Assembly (NCBI GenBank): GCA_045578945.1
Contig: JAZNLF010000078.1
Coordinates: 1 to 25,060, forward strand
Direction: 5' to 3'
From: Clostridia bacterium
GTDB taxonomy: Bacteria > Bacillota > Clostridia > UMGS1883 > UMGS1540
DNA: 25,060 bases
Shown: piece after piece, positions 1-7,470 of the stretch
Position numbering within the stretch: the stretch's first letter is position 1
Layout: the number at the start of each line of letters is the position of its first letter
Position numbers and translations under genes: made by a program
Notes under the pieces: generated by a model
Told to the model about the DNA's origin: nothing
The model's database searches: none
Seen by the model: only the letters and a program-made list of their open reading frames with translations

Positions 1-150
1 AAAGTCATTCGCCCGCTTCCTTGCTTCTCCTCTTTCACAAAAAGTCACGCTTGGCTCGTCTGTTCAGTTGTAAACGCCCTCTCTGGCGACTCGCTGTCGC
101 TACCAACTTTTTGTGAGTTTAATTTTGACACGTTATGAACACCCGCGCCA

Positions 151-183
151 GAAAAAAGCATCGACTTTGTCGGTGCTTTTTTC
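151..183 (-). terminator. Intrinsic terminator closing the minus-strand surface-protein operon (could be bidirectional)
   Basis: 15-bp inverted repeat GAAAAAAGCATCGAC-TTT-GTCGGTGCTTTTTTC with one mismatch and T-runs on both strands. Confidence 0.75.
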
Positions 184-230
184 AGTGCAATATGCCTTGC
201 AGCATATGAAAAAGCATTTTTGAAAACGTG

Positions 231-263
231 AGGGCATACCGCAGCAGAAAAGCGGTATGCCCT
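231..263 (-). terminator. GC-rich hairpin just downstream of the lipoprotein remnant; probable terminator or stabilising stem
   Basis: Perfect 12-bp inverted repeat AGGGCATACCGC-N9-GCGGTATGCCCT; T-tract is short and offset. Confidence 0.5.
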
Positions 264-274
264 TAATTTGTTTA

Positions 275-448
275 TCAAGCCTGTCTTGTATACATTCTTC
301 GCCTTATCATACTTATCTTGAATTTCTTTAGCTTCTTCGGTTTCAGGGAATTTGCCAAATCACCACAAGCAGGATCATTGCAGCCTGCTGAAAATGCAAA
401 TGACATAACCACCATAAGCAATACTGCTAAAATTTTTTTATAATACAA
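275..448 (-). pseudogene. Frameshifted or truncated lipoprotein gene remnant
   Basis: TTG-started frame MYYKKILAVLLMVVMSFAFSAGC (signal peptide II with lipobox Cys) stops after 57 aa; a protein-like segment FGKFPETEEAKEIQDKYDKAKNVYK lies in another frame just after the lipobox region; not in the ORF track. Confidence 0.5.
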
Positions 449-454
449 TCTTTA

Positions 455-958
455 TTATTTTAAAGCTCTCAATAAGAATGTAACAATCTGCCCCCTTGTG
501 CAGGTTGCCTCGGGTGAGAATGTAGTGGCAGATGTGCCCGAGGTAATACCATTTTGTACCGCCCAGGCAACCGCCTTCGCGTAATCAGCGTTAACCGGCA
601 CATCTGTAAATGTGCTTACTGTACCCGCATCAGGTGAGCCTGCGTTTTTCCAGAGATAGACAACAGTTGATGCACGTGTACAAGGGGTATCCGCAGCAAA
701 CTCATTCCCGCTTACCATATCTTTCTCATATGCCCACATAGCAGGATAGTAATAATAGTGACTGCCGCTTAAATCTGCAAACGGATTTTCTATCGCCGAT
801 ACAGGCGGTTTTACAGCTCTCCATAAAAATGTGAGAATTTGCGCTCTCGTACAGGTGTTGTTCGGTGCAAACTCCGTTTCAGATACGCCTGATGTTATAT
901 TTCTTTGCAAGGCCCATTCAACAGCTTCTGCAAAATAATCGCTTTTATTCACATCCCT
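455..958 (-). repeat. Paralogous 3xSLH module, copy 1
   Basis: Visible DNA and protein similarity to 1629..2140 and 2893..3410 (e.g. TTTTGTACCGCCCAG, GCGTAATC, ATATGCCCAC in more than one copy). Confidence 0.8.
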
Positions 959-1603
959 GCAGAGGCAAAGCTTCGGAATGGTCAGCCTTATATCTATATC
1001 CGTTTCTGCCACGCCATTTACTGCATGTAATGTGCCTTTGAAATAACCAGCCTTTTCTGTTGTTGCCTTTTCTATATCAACCGCACCGCCCTTCCATCCG
1101 AGAACGGTTCCGTTTTTGCACGCAGCTTGTGCAGCTTCACGTACAGATATGTAGCCCGTCATGTTGCTCATATTCATAACATCCAAAGCATCCAGTACAT
1201 TATTCACATCCGCTTCGAGTGCAGCCTCTGCATCCACATCCGCTCCTGTCTTCGGAATTACAATACGCACTAAATAGTGCTTCGTAAAATCGTATTTTTC
1301 TCCGGTTTTCTGCGTGAAAAGAAAATTTGCAGAAACTGAGCCGTCTTTTTCTGTTGTTGCGTTATAAACCTTAAAATTAGAGGTGTAGTCATAATCTAAC
1401 GTAATATGATACTCTTCCGGAATCAGCGCCTGAACTGCAGCTTTAAAATCATCCTCGCTCATATCGTTATATACCGCTATTGTATCCTTCTTAGCTTTTA
1501 CGGCATCAATTGCCTCGTCCAGATAGTCTACCACTGCATAGGATGTAAATGCTGTTGAAAGAAGTAAAACTGTCGTAAGAATGAAACCTATTATTTTCTT
1601 CAT
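455..1603 (-). CDS. Secreted SLH-domain surface protein with two tandem ~90-aa repeats of unknown function
   Basis: Signal peptide MKKIIGFILTTVLLLSTAFTSYA; three C-terminal SLH-type repeats (AVEWA..GITSG..F.P...CTRAQILTFLWRA); RBS AAGGAG. Confidence 0.9.
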   Translation of the reverse strand: MKKIIGFILTTVLLLSTAFTSYAVVDYLDEAIDAVKAKKDTIAVYNDMSEDDFKAAVQALIPEEYHITLDYDYTSNFKVYNATTEKDGSVSANFLFTQKTGEKYDFTKHYLVRIVIPKTGADVDAEAALEADVNNVLDALDVMNMSNMTGYISVREAAQAACKNGTVLGWKGGAVDIEKATTEKAGYFKGTLHAVNGVAETDIDIRLTIPKLCLCRDVNKSDYFAEAVEWALQRNITSGVSETEFAPNNTCTRAQILTFLWRAVKPPVSAIENPFADLSGSHYYYYPAMWAYEKDMVSGNEFAADTPCTRASTVVYLWKNAGSPDAGTVSTFTDVPVNADYAKAVAWAVQNGITSGTSATTFSPEATCTRGQIVTFLLRALK

Positions 1604-1628
1604 ATTGATTATCTCCTTTTTTAATAAT

Positions 1629-2140
1629 TTATTTTATCGCTCTATTTAAAAATGTTACAATTTGTCCTCTTGTGCACGTCATGTCGGGAGAGAAGGTAGT
1701 CTCACTCGTACCTGATGTAACACCGTTTTGTACCGCCCAGCTAACCGCATTTGCGTAATCAGCATCAGCAGCCACGTCTGCAAAAGAGTCTACAGTGCCC
1801 ACATCAGGCGAGCCTGCATTCTTCCAAAGATACATAACTGTTGCAGCTCTTGTACAGGGTGCAGTTGCACTAAATTTACCTCCGCTTACCATACCCTTTT
1901 GATATGCCCACACCGCGGCATCATAATAATAATGACCACTGCTGACATCTGCAAACGGATTTGTATCGTTTGCTTTGGGTGCGCCTACCGCACGCCACAG
2001 AAAAGTCAGGATTTGCGCTCTGGTACAGGTGTCATCGGGTGAGAAAGTGGTTTCGGATGTCCCTGCGGTAATGTTTCTTCCCACAGCCCAGTTAACTGCC
2101 GCAGCGTAGTACGCATCGGGTTTTACATCAATAAAAGCAG
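1629..2140 (-). repeat. Paralogous 3xSLH module, copy 2
   Basis: Same module as copies 1 and 3; shares the stretch CAGGTGTCATCGGG..AAAGTGGTTTCGGATGT with copy 3. Confidence 0.8.
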
Positions 2141-2879
2141 CATTTTTAGGTTCTTCGGAGTCTTCAATCCGTCCCGGCGGTGTAGGGCTTTGCGTTGCAG
2201 GGCCATATCTGTATGTGAAAACAGGAAGATTCGGCGCATTGATTCTCGGTGTGTAGTTACCATTTTCTTCCTTCATTGCCTCAAAGGAAAGGGGCATATA
2301 TGAAACATAGCCGTTTGCAGTTGTCAGGATGAGATAAACTTTTGAAATTTCTCTTGCATTTAAGCTTCTTAAGTCGGTGCTTACCTTACAGTCAACAATC
2401 GTATCACGAGCTGTAAACTGCTGTATCCATGTGTTTCCTTTCTCGCCATATCCGACTCCCATATATCCGGCTGAGAAGCTTAAAATATTCGCACGGTGAC
2501 CGGAGCTGTTCATCCATGATTCTACCACCTGCTCGGGACTGGTCTGCCCTCTTGCCGCATTTTCGCCCGCACCTTTGTGCGGAAATGATTTCGGTATTGT
2601 TGTATAACAACCGGAGCCGTCAGGTCTGGTGTGTGAAAATGAAGTTTCCAGTTCGACTGCACGAATATCGCACGATGCCTGAAGGTCGGAAACCATAGAC
2701 AATGACTGAAGGCCGACGTTTGCACGCTCGATATTGACCAGTTTTAAAACTTCCCATTCATAATCCAGCGCAATGGCTTTTATTTCGTCAGGCAGGCTTT
2801 TTGAGGCTGCCATAGCAGGAACGCTCACTATACCCATAAGCATACATACACATAAAAGTATACTGAAAATTCTTTTCAT
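1629..2879 (-). CDS. Secreted CAP (SCP/PR-1)-domain protein with three C-terminal SLH repeats
   Basis: Signal peptide; CAP motifs EVLKLVNIERA, FSHTRPDG, GENAARGQTSPEQVVESWMNSSGHRANIL, MGVGY, WIQQF; SLH repeats; RBS GAGGAG. Confidence 0.92.
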   Translation of the reverse strand: MKRIFSILLCVCMLMGIVSVPAMAASKSLPDEIKAIALDYEWEVLKLVNIERANVGLQSLSMVSDLQASCDIRAVELETSFSHTRPDGSGCYTTIPKSFPHKGAGENAARGQTSPEQVVESWMNSSGHRANILSFSAGYMGVGYGEKGNTWIQQFTARDTIVDCKVSTDLRSLNAREISKVYLILTTANGYVSYMPLSFEAMKEENGNYTPRINAPNLPVFTYRYGPATQSPTPPGRIEDSEEPKNAAFIDVKPDAYYAAAVNWAVGRNITAGTSETTFSPDDTCTRAQILTFLWRAVGAPKANDTNPFADVSSGHYYYDAAVWAYQKGMVSGGKFSATAPCTRAATVMYLWKNAGSPDVGTVDSFADVAADADYANAVSWAVQNGVTSGTSETTFSPDMTCTRGQIVTFLNRAIK

Positions 2880-2892
2880 AATTTAATCTCCT

Positions 2893-3410
2893 CTACTTCT
2901 TGACTGCTCTTTGCAGGAACGTCACAATATGTGCTCTTGTGCAGGTGTCATCGGGAGAAAAAGTGGTTTCGGATGTACCTGATGTAATGCCGTTTTGTAC
3001 TGCCCAGCTAACCGCCTTTGCGTAATCGGCATCAGCGGGAATATCCGTAAATGTGCCAGCAGTCCCAACATCCGGAGAGCCTGACATTTTCCAGAGATAC
3101 ACAACCGTGTCGGCACGGGTTACAAACTTGTCGGCTTCAAATTTGCTTTTTTCAACCATACCCTTTTCATATGCCCACCAGGAGGATGCAAAGTAGTAGT
3201 CCTTGTAGTTTACATCGGTAAACGGGTTGTAAGAAATTGTGTACTTCGGCTCTCCCATAGCTCTCCAGATAAATGTAATAATCTGTGCCTTTGTGCAGGT
3301 GGTATCGGGGGAAAAGGTAGTAGGAGAAGTACCTGTTGTAATTTTCTTGTCTACCGCCCATTTTACAGGCTCTGCATACCAGGCACTTGCGGAAACATCT
3401 GTGAAATTAC
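2893..3410 (-). repeat. Paralogous 3xSLH module, copy 3
   Basis: Same module as copies 1 and 2. Confidence 0.8.
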
Positions 3411-6171
3411 CTACAATTTCTGCATTCGGCTTTGATGCTACTGCATCTACGCTGGGAACTGTAAAGCTATCTTCGGGAATAGAAGCAAGAACCTTTCTTC
3501 CGAGTGATGAAGCGTTCTTCCATGCACTTCCCGAAACAGAATTGCCGTTTGCATAGCAATTGTTTGTGGTAAAGGTGGCGTCCGGCAGATATACAAGGTC
3601 TGCTTTTCCGGGCAAACCCAAAGCGGTAATCCCCTCATCAATTGTGAGCTTCCCAACATTATAACAGTTCGTAAATGCGCAATTGCAGTTTGTTCTGCCG
3701 TAGTAGGCAAGTCCTGCAACGGCATTTGCTGTCAGATTCCCCGAATTGTAGCAATCAGAAACAGTTGAATGTTCTACCGCTTTTAAATCGCCGTATTTCT
3801 CTGCATATACAAACAGACCGCAGGCAACCGAGTTATAACCGTTCCCCCAATCCATTAAGGGCAGCGTAATATCCCCCGAGTTGTAGCACTCGCTTATCTT
3901 TGACTTTTGAATATCGGCAGCAAGACCACCCGCTATAAGGTAGAAGATATCATTATCGTTTGACTTTACCGTAATATCCGCATCATTAAAGCATTTCGTC
4001 ACTGTACTTCCGGCAATTTCCGCGGCTAAGCCACCGAACATAAACTGCAAAGTCGAAAGATGTTTTGCCCCGGGGGCTTTCGTGATGTTAAAGTTCATTT
4101 TTCCGTTTGCCGTATAGCAGTTTGTGATAGTAGCATCCAGCGCATGTGTGGCAAATGAACCTGCCCAGATATACAAAGGCTCGGAATATGCCGAATATGT
4201 AACGTCGATATTAAAGTTTATAAGTCCAAGGTTGCGTATGCCGGCATCATTGTTTCCAAGACCATTTGACATATATCCCATAAGACCGAAGTAACGGTCG
4301 TTGCTTTTTGCTTGCATAAAGGGCTTTTCTTCGTTTATCTTTATGGTCATCCCCGAGATAACGTGACCATTTCCGTCAAGCTGACCTCTGAAAGCATCTG
4401 CGCCAAACTGTGCGGTATTATTGACATCATCGCCGTTGCCGCCGTAGGCAGGCGTTCCGCCGATAGGAATCCAGTTGCCCCAACCGGACAGGTCGATGTC
4501 CCTTATCAGCTTAAAGTATTTAGCGCTATCTTTGCGTATGGCATTAAGCTGCTCTGCAGTTTCAATCAGGTAAGGATCTTCCTTCGTTCCGCTTCCCCCT
4601 GCAAAGACATAGGGGCTGTCGTGAAGCACAGCCGGAGCGCCCTGCCAGTAATCCTTCATGACAACTTCCGTGAGGTATGATCTGGGTACAAATCCAATCC
4701 TGTTTGAGGCGATAACTCTGCACCATTCTCCCTCGACATCGGGAATTACATCTGAAATATCGAAGTCGAGAATTTCAACTGTCTGATTTGGCTGTATTTT
4801 GTATTTATCTTCGTTTATACCCATAGGATATTTCCAAAGGTACGGCTCAATTAACCAGATATTGTTATCGAGCTTTACCGAAAAATGTTCACTAACCTTT
4901 GCCGTTCCTATAACAGGCAGAGCAACACCTCTCTCATACTTATGCTTTTCATAATAGTCTTGCATAGCCTGTGTGGGCTTGGCAGCTGCGGGTAGCTGCG
5001 GGTCAATATATACATGGTAAACGAGCTCTATTGTTTTTTCATTTATATGATTGATGCTGTATGTATTGACTATCCGGAAGTGCTTGCCATTTTCTTCGAT
5101 GTATTTGAATGTTCTGTCCGTATTGGTCTTTACATCCTTTGAAAAATTATAGGAGTCTTTTGCAACATAGGTTGCGGTGGCAGTTACCATAGAGTACGGC
5201 TCGGGGACCTCTGTCGTGCTATATGTCACGCCTGTGCAGGCATAAGTATCTGTCTTTACAAGCGAGGCGAGCGGCTCTTTTGTGCCATATTCTGACATAT
5301 AGGGCTTTGAGAACACAGTTGCATGAAGGAAGTTTACATCAATTTCGGTTATTTCTTTAAACTTATATCTTTTTTTCGCAAACTTTTCATGATACGGTCT
5401 TTCCGAGTCGTTGCCTTCTTTTAAGAAATTGCCGAAGGTTGCTTTGGCATCATTCATATTTACATAATCAACTTCCTCAAGGCGCTCATTCCAGATAGCA
5501 TAATATGTGGCATCTGTGTCAACGCCGTCAACACCTGCCTCCAAAACGGTTATGGTTGCTCCGGTTTTCTGACTTGAGCCATACATAGTTCTTGTGTCAG
5601 GCTCATGATATATGGAATATCCTCCGCTTACAAGCTCCATTGTTCCAAAATCGCCTGCTTCAAATTTGTCAACCTTTACAGCTTTCACATCTTCGGAATT
5701 TTCTTTTTTGGGTGCGGTAGATTCTTTTGGCGCCTTGGTTTCGGTAAATTTATACGTCAATTTAATCGTACGGTTGCCGTTTGAAAGCTTGATTGTGGGC
5801 GGAAATCTGTTTACCATGTGGTCGGCCGTTCTTGAACTGAACACTTTGTTCTCAGCGCTGTCTTTTAAACTGACAGTCACAGTCAAAGTGTATTTTACAC
5901 CTTCCTTAAAGCATCCGTTGTTATCAAGCTCTCCCGACCATTCATAATCATCCATTTCCATATCGTTTGTATTCCCAAGCTCTATGTTATCGTAAGGCTT
6001 TTCACCTGCAACAGGCGTGTCAACAAATACAGAAGCATATACCGATTCCATTTCAATCGTATATTCTGTCCTGAAAGCTTCCTTACTTGATATACATCGC
6101 CTCAACATACCCGGTGCCGGAAAGATTAAGCATCTTATTTGTATAGCGTATCTTATGCCATCTTCCGTCAA
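2893..6171 (-). CDS. Large SLH-anchored surface protein, C-terminal part (SH3-like domains, GLUG/ZmpB-like region, 3 SLH); probably one gene with 6083..6397
   Basis: 1092-aa ORF without signal peptide; GGSGTKEDPYLIETAEQL...DIDL..W.PIG..F.G.LDGNGH motif; SH3-like GEWCRV...GFVPRSYL; C-terminal SLH repeats. Confidence 0.85.
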   Translation of the reverse strand: MTEDGIRYAIQIRCLIFPAPGMLRRCISSKEAFRTEYTIEMESVYASVFVDTPVAGEKPYDNIELGNTNDMEMDDYEWSGELDNNGCFKEGVKYTLTVTVSLKDSAENKVFSSRTADHMVNRFPPTIKLSNGNRTIKLTYKFTETKAPKESTAPKKENSEDVKAVKVDKFEAGDFGTMELVSGGYSIYHEPDTRTMYGSSQKTGATITVLEAGVDGVDTDATYYAIWNERLEEVDYVNMNDAKATFGNFLKEGNDSERPYHEKFAKKRYKFKEITEIDVNFLHATVFSKPYMSEYGTKEPLASLVKTDTYACTGVTYSTTEVPEPYSMVTATATYVAKDSYNFSKDVKTNTDRTFKYIEENGKHFRIVNTYSINHINEKTIELVYHVYIDPQLPAAAKPTQAMQDYYEKHKYERGVALPVIGTAKVSEHFSVKLDNNIWLIEPYLWKYPMGINEDKYKIQPNQTVEILDFDISDVIPDVEGEWCRVIASNRIGFVPRSYLTEVVMKDYWQGAPAVLHDSPYVFAGGSGTKEDPYLIETAEQLNAIRKDSAKYFKLIRDIDLSGWGNWIPIGGTPAYGGNGDDVNNTAQFGADAFRGQLDGNGHVISGMTIKINEEKPFMQAKSNDRYFGLMGYMSNGLGNNDAGIRNLGLINFNIDVTYSAYSEPLYIWAGSFATHALDATITNCYTANGKMNFNITKAPGAKHLSTLQFMFGGLAAEIAGSTVTKCFNDADITVKSNDNDIFYLIAGGLAADIQKSKISECYNSGDITLPLMDWGNGYNSVACGLFVYAEKYGDLKAVEHSTVSDCYNSGNLTANAVAGLAYYGRTNCNCAFTNCYNVGKLTIDEGITALGLPGKADLVYLPDATFTTNNCYANGNSVSGSAWKNASSLGRKVLASIPEDSFTVPSVDAVASKPNAEIVGNFTDVSASAWYAEPVKWAVDKKITTGTSPTTFSPDTTCTKAQIITFIWRAMGEPKYTISYNPFTDVNYKDYYFASSWWAYEKGMVEKSKFEADKFVTRADTVVYLWKMSGSPDVGTAGTFTDIPADADYAKAVSWAVQNGITSGTSETTFSPDDTCTRAHIVTFLQRAVKK

Positions 6172-6397
6172 TACCGCCCTTTCCGCTTATGTACGCTTCA
6201 AGCACGTCAACCTCGTTACCGGCGCTGAGATATCCGGTAACCTTACTGCTTGAGTCCGGCTTTTCAAACACCCTCCAGTCTGTAATGACAGTAGCCTTTT
6301 CTCCCGCTTTAACTGCGTCTGCAGCAAATACAGGCATGCTCATCATACCAATCAGCATACATATACATAAAAGTATGCTGAAAACTCTTTTTTTCAT
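6083..6397 (-). CDS. Signal peptide plus SH3b-like domain; probable N-terminus of the frameshifted large SLH protein
   Basis: MKKRVFSILLCICMLIGMMSMPVFA signal peptide; SH3b pattern VFEKPDSSSKVTGYLSAGNEVDVL...WHKIRY...GYVEAMYI; RBS-like GGGGGA. Confidence 0.8.
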   Translation of the reverse strand: MKKRVFSILLCICMLIGMMSMPVFAADAVKAGEKATVITDWRVFEKPDSSSKVTGYLSAGNEVDVLEAYISGKGGIDGRWHKIRYTNKMLNLSGTGYVEAMYIK

Positions 6398-6581
6398 AAT
6401 GTAATTCCCCCTACTGCTACAAAATTATATTTGCTGCTTATTTCGTTTTCTGCTTTTTTGCAATGTCTTTTGCCTGTTGTTTTCTCTTTCCGGAAAGCTC
6501 CTCCCCAAGGCCTTTATCGCACTTCCACCAAACAGATACAGCACCTAAATGGCAGACAGTTTCAAATTTATCATCTTCCAC

Positions 6582-6610
6582 TTGAAAAATCAGACATTAC
6601 ATGTTAAAAT
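6582..6610 (+). promoter_or_regulatory. Sigma-A promoter for the merR-family gene
   Basis: TTGAAA (6582-6587), 17-bp spacer, TGn extension, TAAAAT (6605-6610). Confidence 0.65.
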
Positions 6611-6611
6611 A

Positions 6612-6642
6612 ATTATATCCCGTACCCTAAGGTACGATGCAA
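6612..6642 (-). promoter_or_regulatory. MerR-type promoter with 19-bp spacer and dyad operator, directed into the SLH operon
   Basis: Minus strand TTGCAT-CGTACCTTAGGGTACGGGA(19 nt)-TATAAT; perfect dyad CGTACC-N4-GGTACG at 6621-6636. Confidence 0.85.
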
Positions 6643-6697
6643 TAGTTGTTTTGAAATTTTCAAAAATTTTATTTTATGATTTAAATGGGGAATTTAA

Positions 6698-7462
6698 ATG
6701 AATAAAAAAAATTTATTTACCATAGGCGAGATTGCAAAAGCGGTTGGAATTACAAGAAAAGCAATCCTTGGTTATGAGACAAAAGGTCTTATAAAGCCTG
6801 ATAAAAAAGACGGAAATACAGGTAACAGGTACTACACCATTGATACGTTTACGCAGATTCGTACAATTCGAGTTTTTCAGGATTTAGGGCTTTCCCTTGA
6901 CGAAATCCGCGAATACTTTAACGATACATCAGATTTACAACCAATGATAGACAGGCTTGAAAAAATGAGGAATGAACTTAATCTCACGATAGAGAAGTTG
7001 AAAGAGAGAGTCTATAAAACCAATGAGGTTGTTAAGGAAATCACTATAGCACCGCAAGCGCTTTATGTCCGTACATACAATACTGTTACGATTGCCGATA
7101 AAACAAACCTGCTTCGTGATACTGCTCTTGAAGCGATGCGTGAATATGGAACGGACACCACGAGGCGTATGTATTTTACTCAATATTCTGCTGACGCTCC
7201 CCAAGAAATTGCATATTGTGTTGCTGTACCACCTGAAAGCAAGGGAGAATATGTAAAACAATACCCCAAGCTTAAAGCAATTTCTTTCTTCCATTACGGA
7301 GCTTATGAAGAGATTCCCGAAGCTCGAAAAAAACTGATTTCTTTTGCGCAAAACAATCATTTGAAGCTTTCGGGTACATTCCGCAACCTCTATCTTGAAG
7401 GTCCGCCACAGCACAAAGACAAAAGTAAGTTTATTACCCAGATAATTGCGATAATTGAATAA
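6698..7462 (+). CDS. MerR-family transcriptional regulator with C-terminal GyrI-like effector-binding domain (BmrR/BltR-like)
   Basis: N-terminal FTIGEIAKAVGIT....YE.KGLIKP...GNRYY; coiled-coil linker; C-terminal FHYGAYEEI..A...L...A.......G.FRNLYLEGP. Confidence 0.92.
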   Translation: MNKKNLFTIGEIAKAVGITRKAILGYETKGLIKPDKKDGNTGNRYYTIDTFTQIRTIRVFQDLGLSLDEIREYFNDTSDLQPMIDRLEKMRNELNLTIEKLKERVYKTNEVVKEITIAPQALYVRTYNTVTIADKTNLLRDTALEAMREYGTDTTRRMYFTQYSADAPQEIAYCVAVPPESKGEYVKQYPKLKAISFFHYGAYEEIPEARKKLISFAQNNHLKLSGTFRNLYLEGPPQHKDKSKFITQIIAIIE

Positions 7463-7470
7463 CGTATAAT

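Noticed and set aside
1-8. Possible minus-strand ATG at position 8 after a purine-rich stretch
   Set aside because: Only two codons are visible, so it cannot be called a gene; it may be part of a leader RNA.
45-278. 77-aa ORF in the track
   Set aside because: It runs through two strong hairpins, including the operon terminator, and has no RBS. Only its first few codons may belong to the broken lipoprotein gene.
455-3410. Diversity-generating retroelement (template/variable repeat) explanation for the repeated C-termini
   Set aside because: Differences between copies are spread over all bases and mostly synonymous positions rather than adenine-specific, and there is no reverse transcriptase in the window.
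6424-6429. TATAAT close to the first SLH gene as an independent promoter
   Set aside because: No acceptable -35 at 16-18 bp and no TG extension; kept only as an alternative to test.
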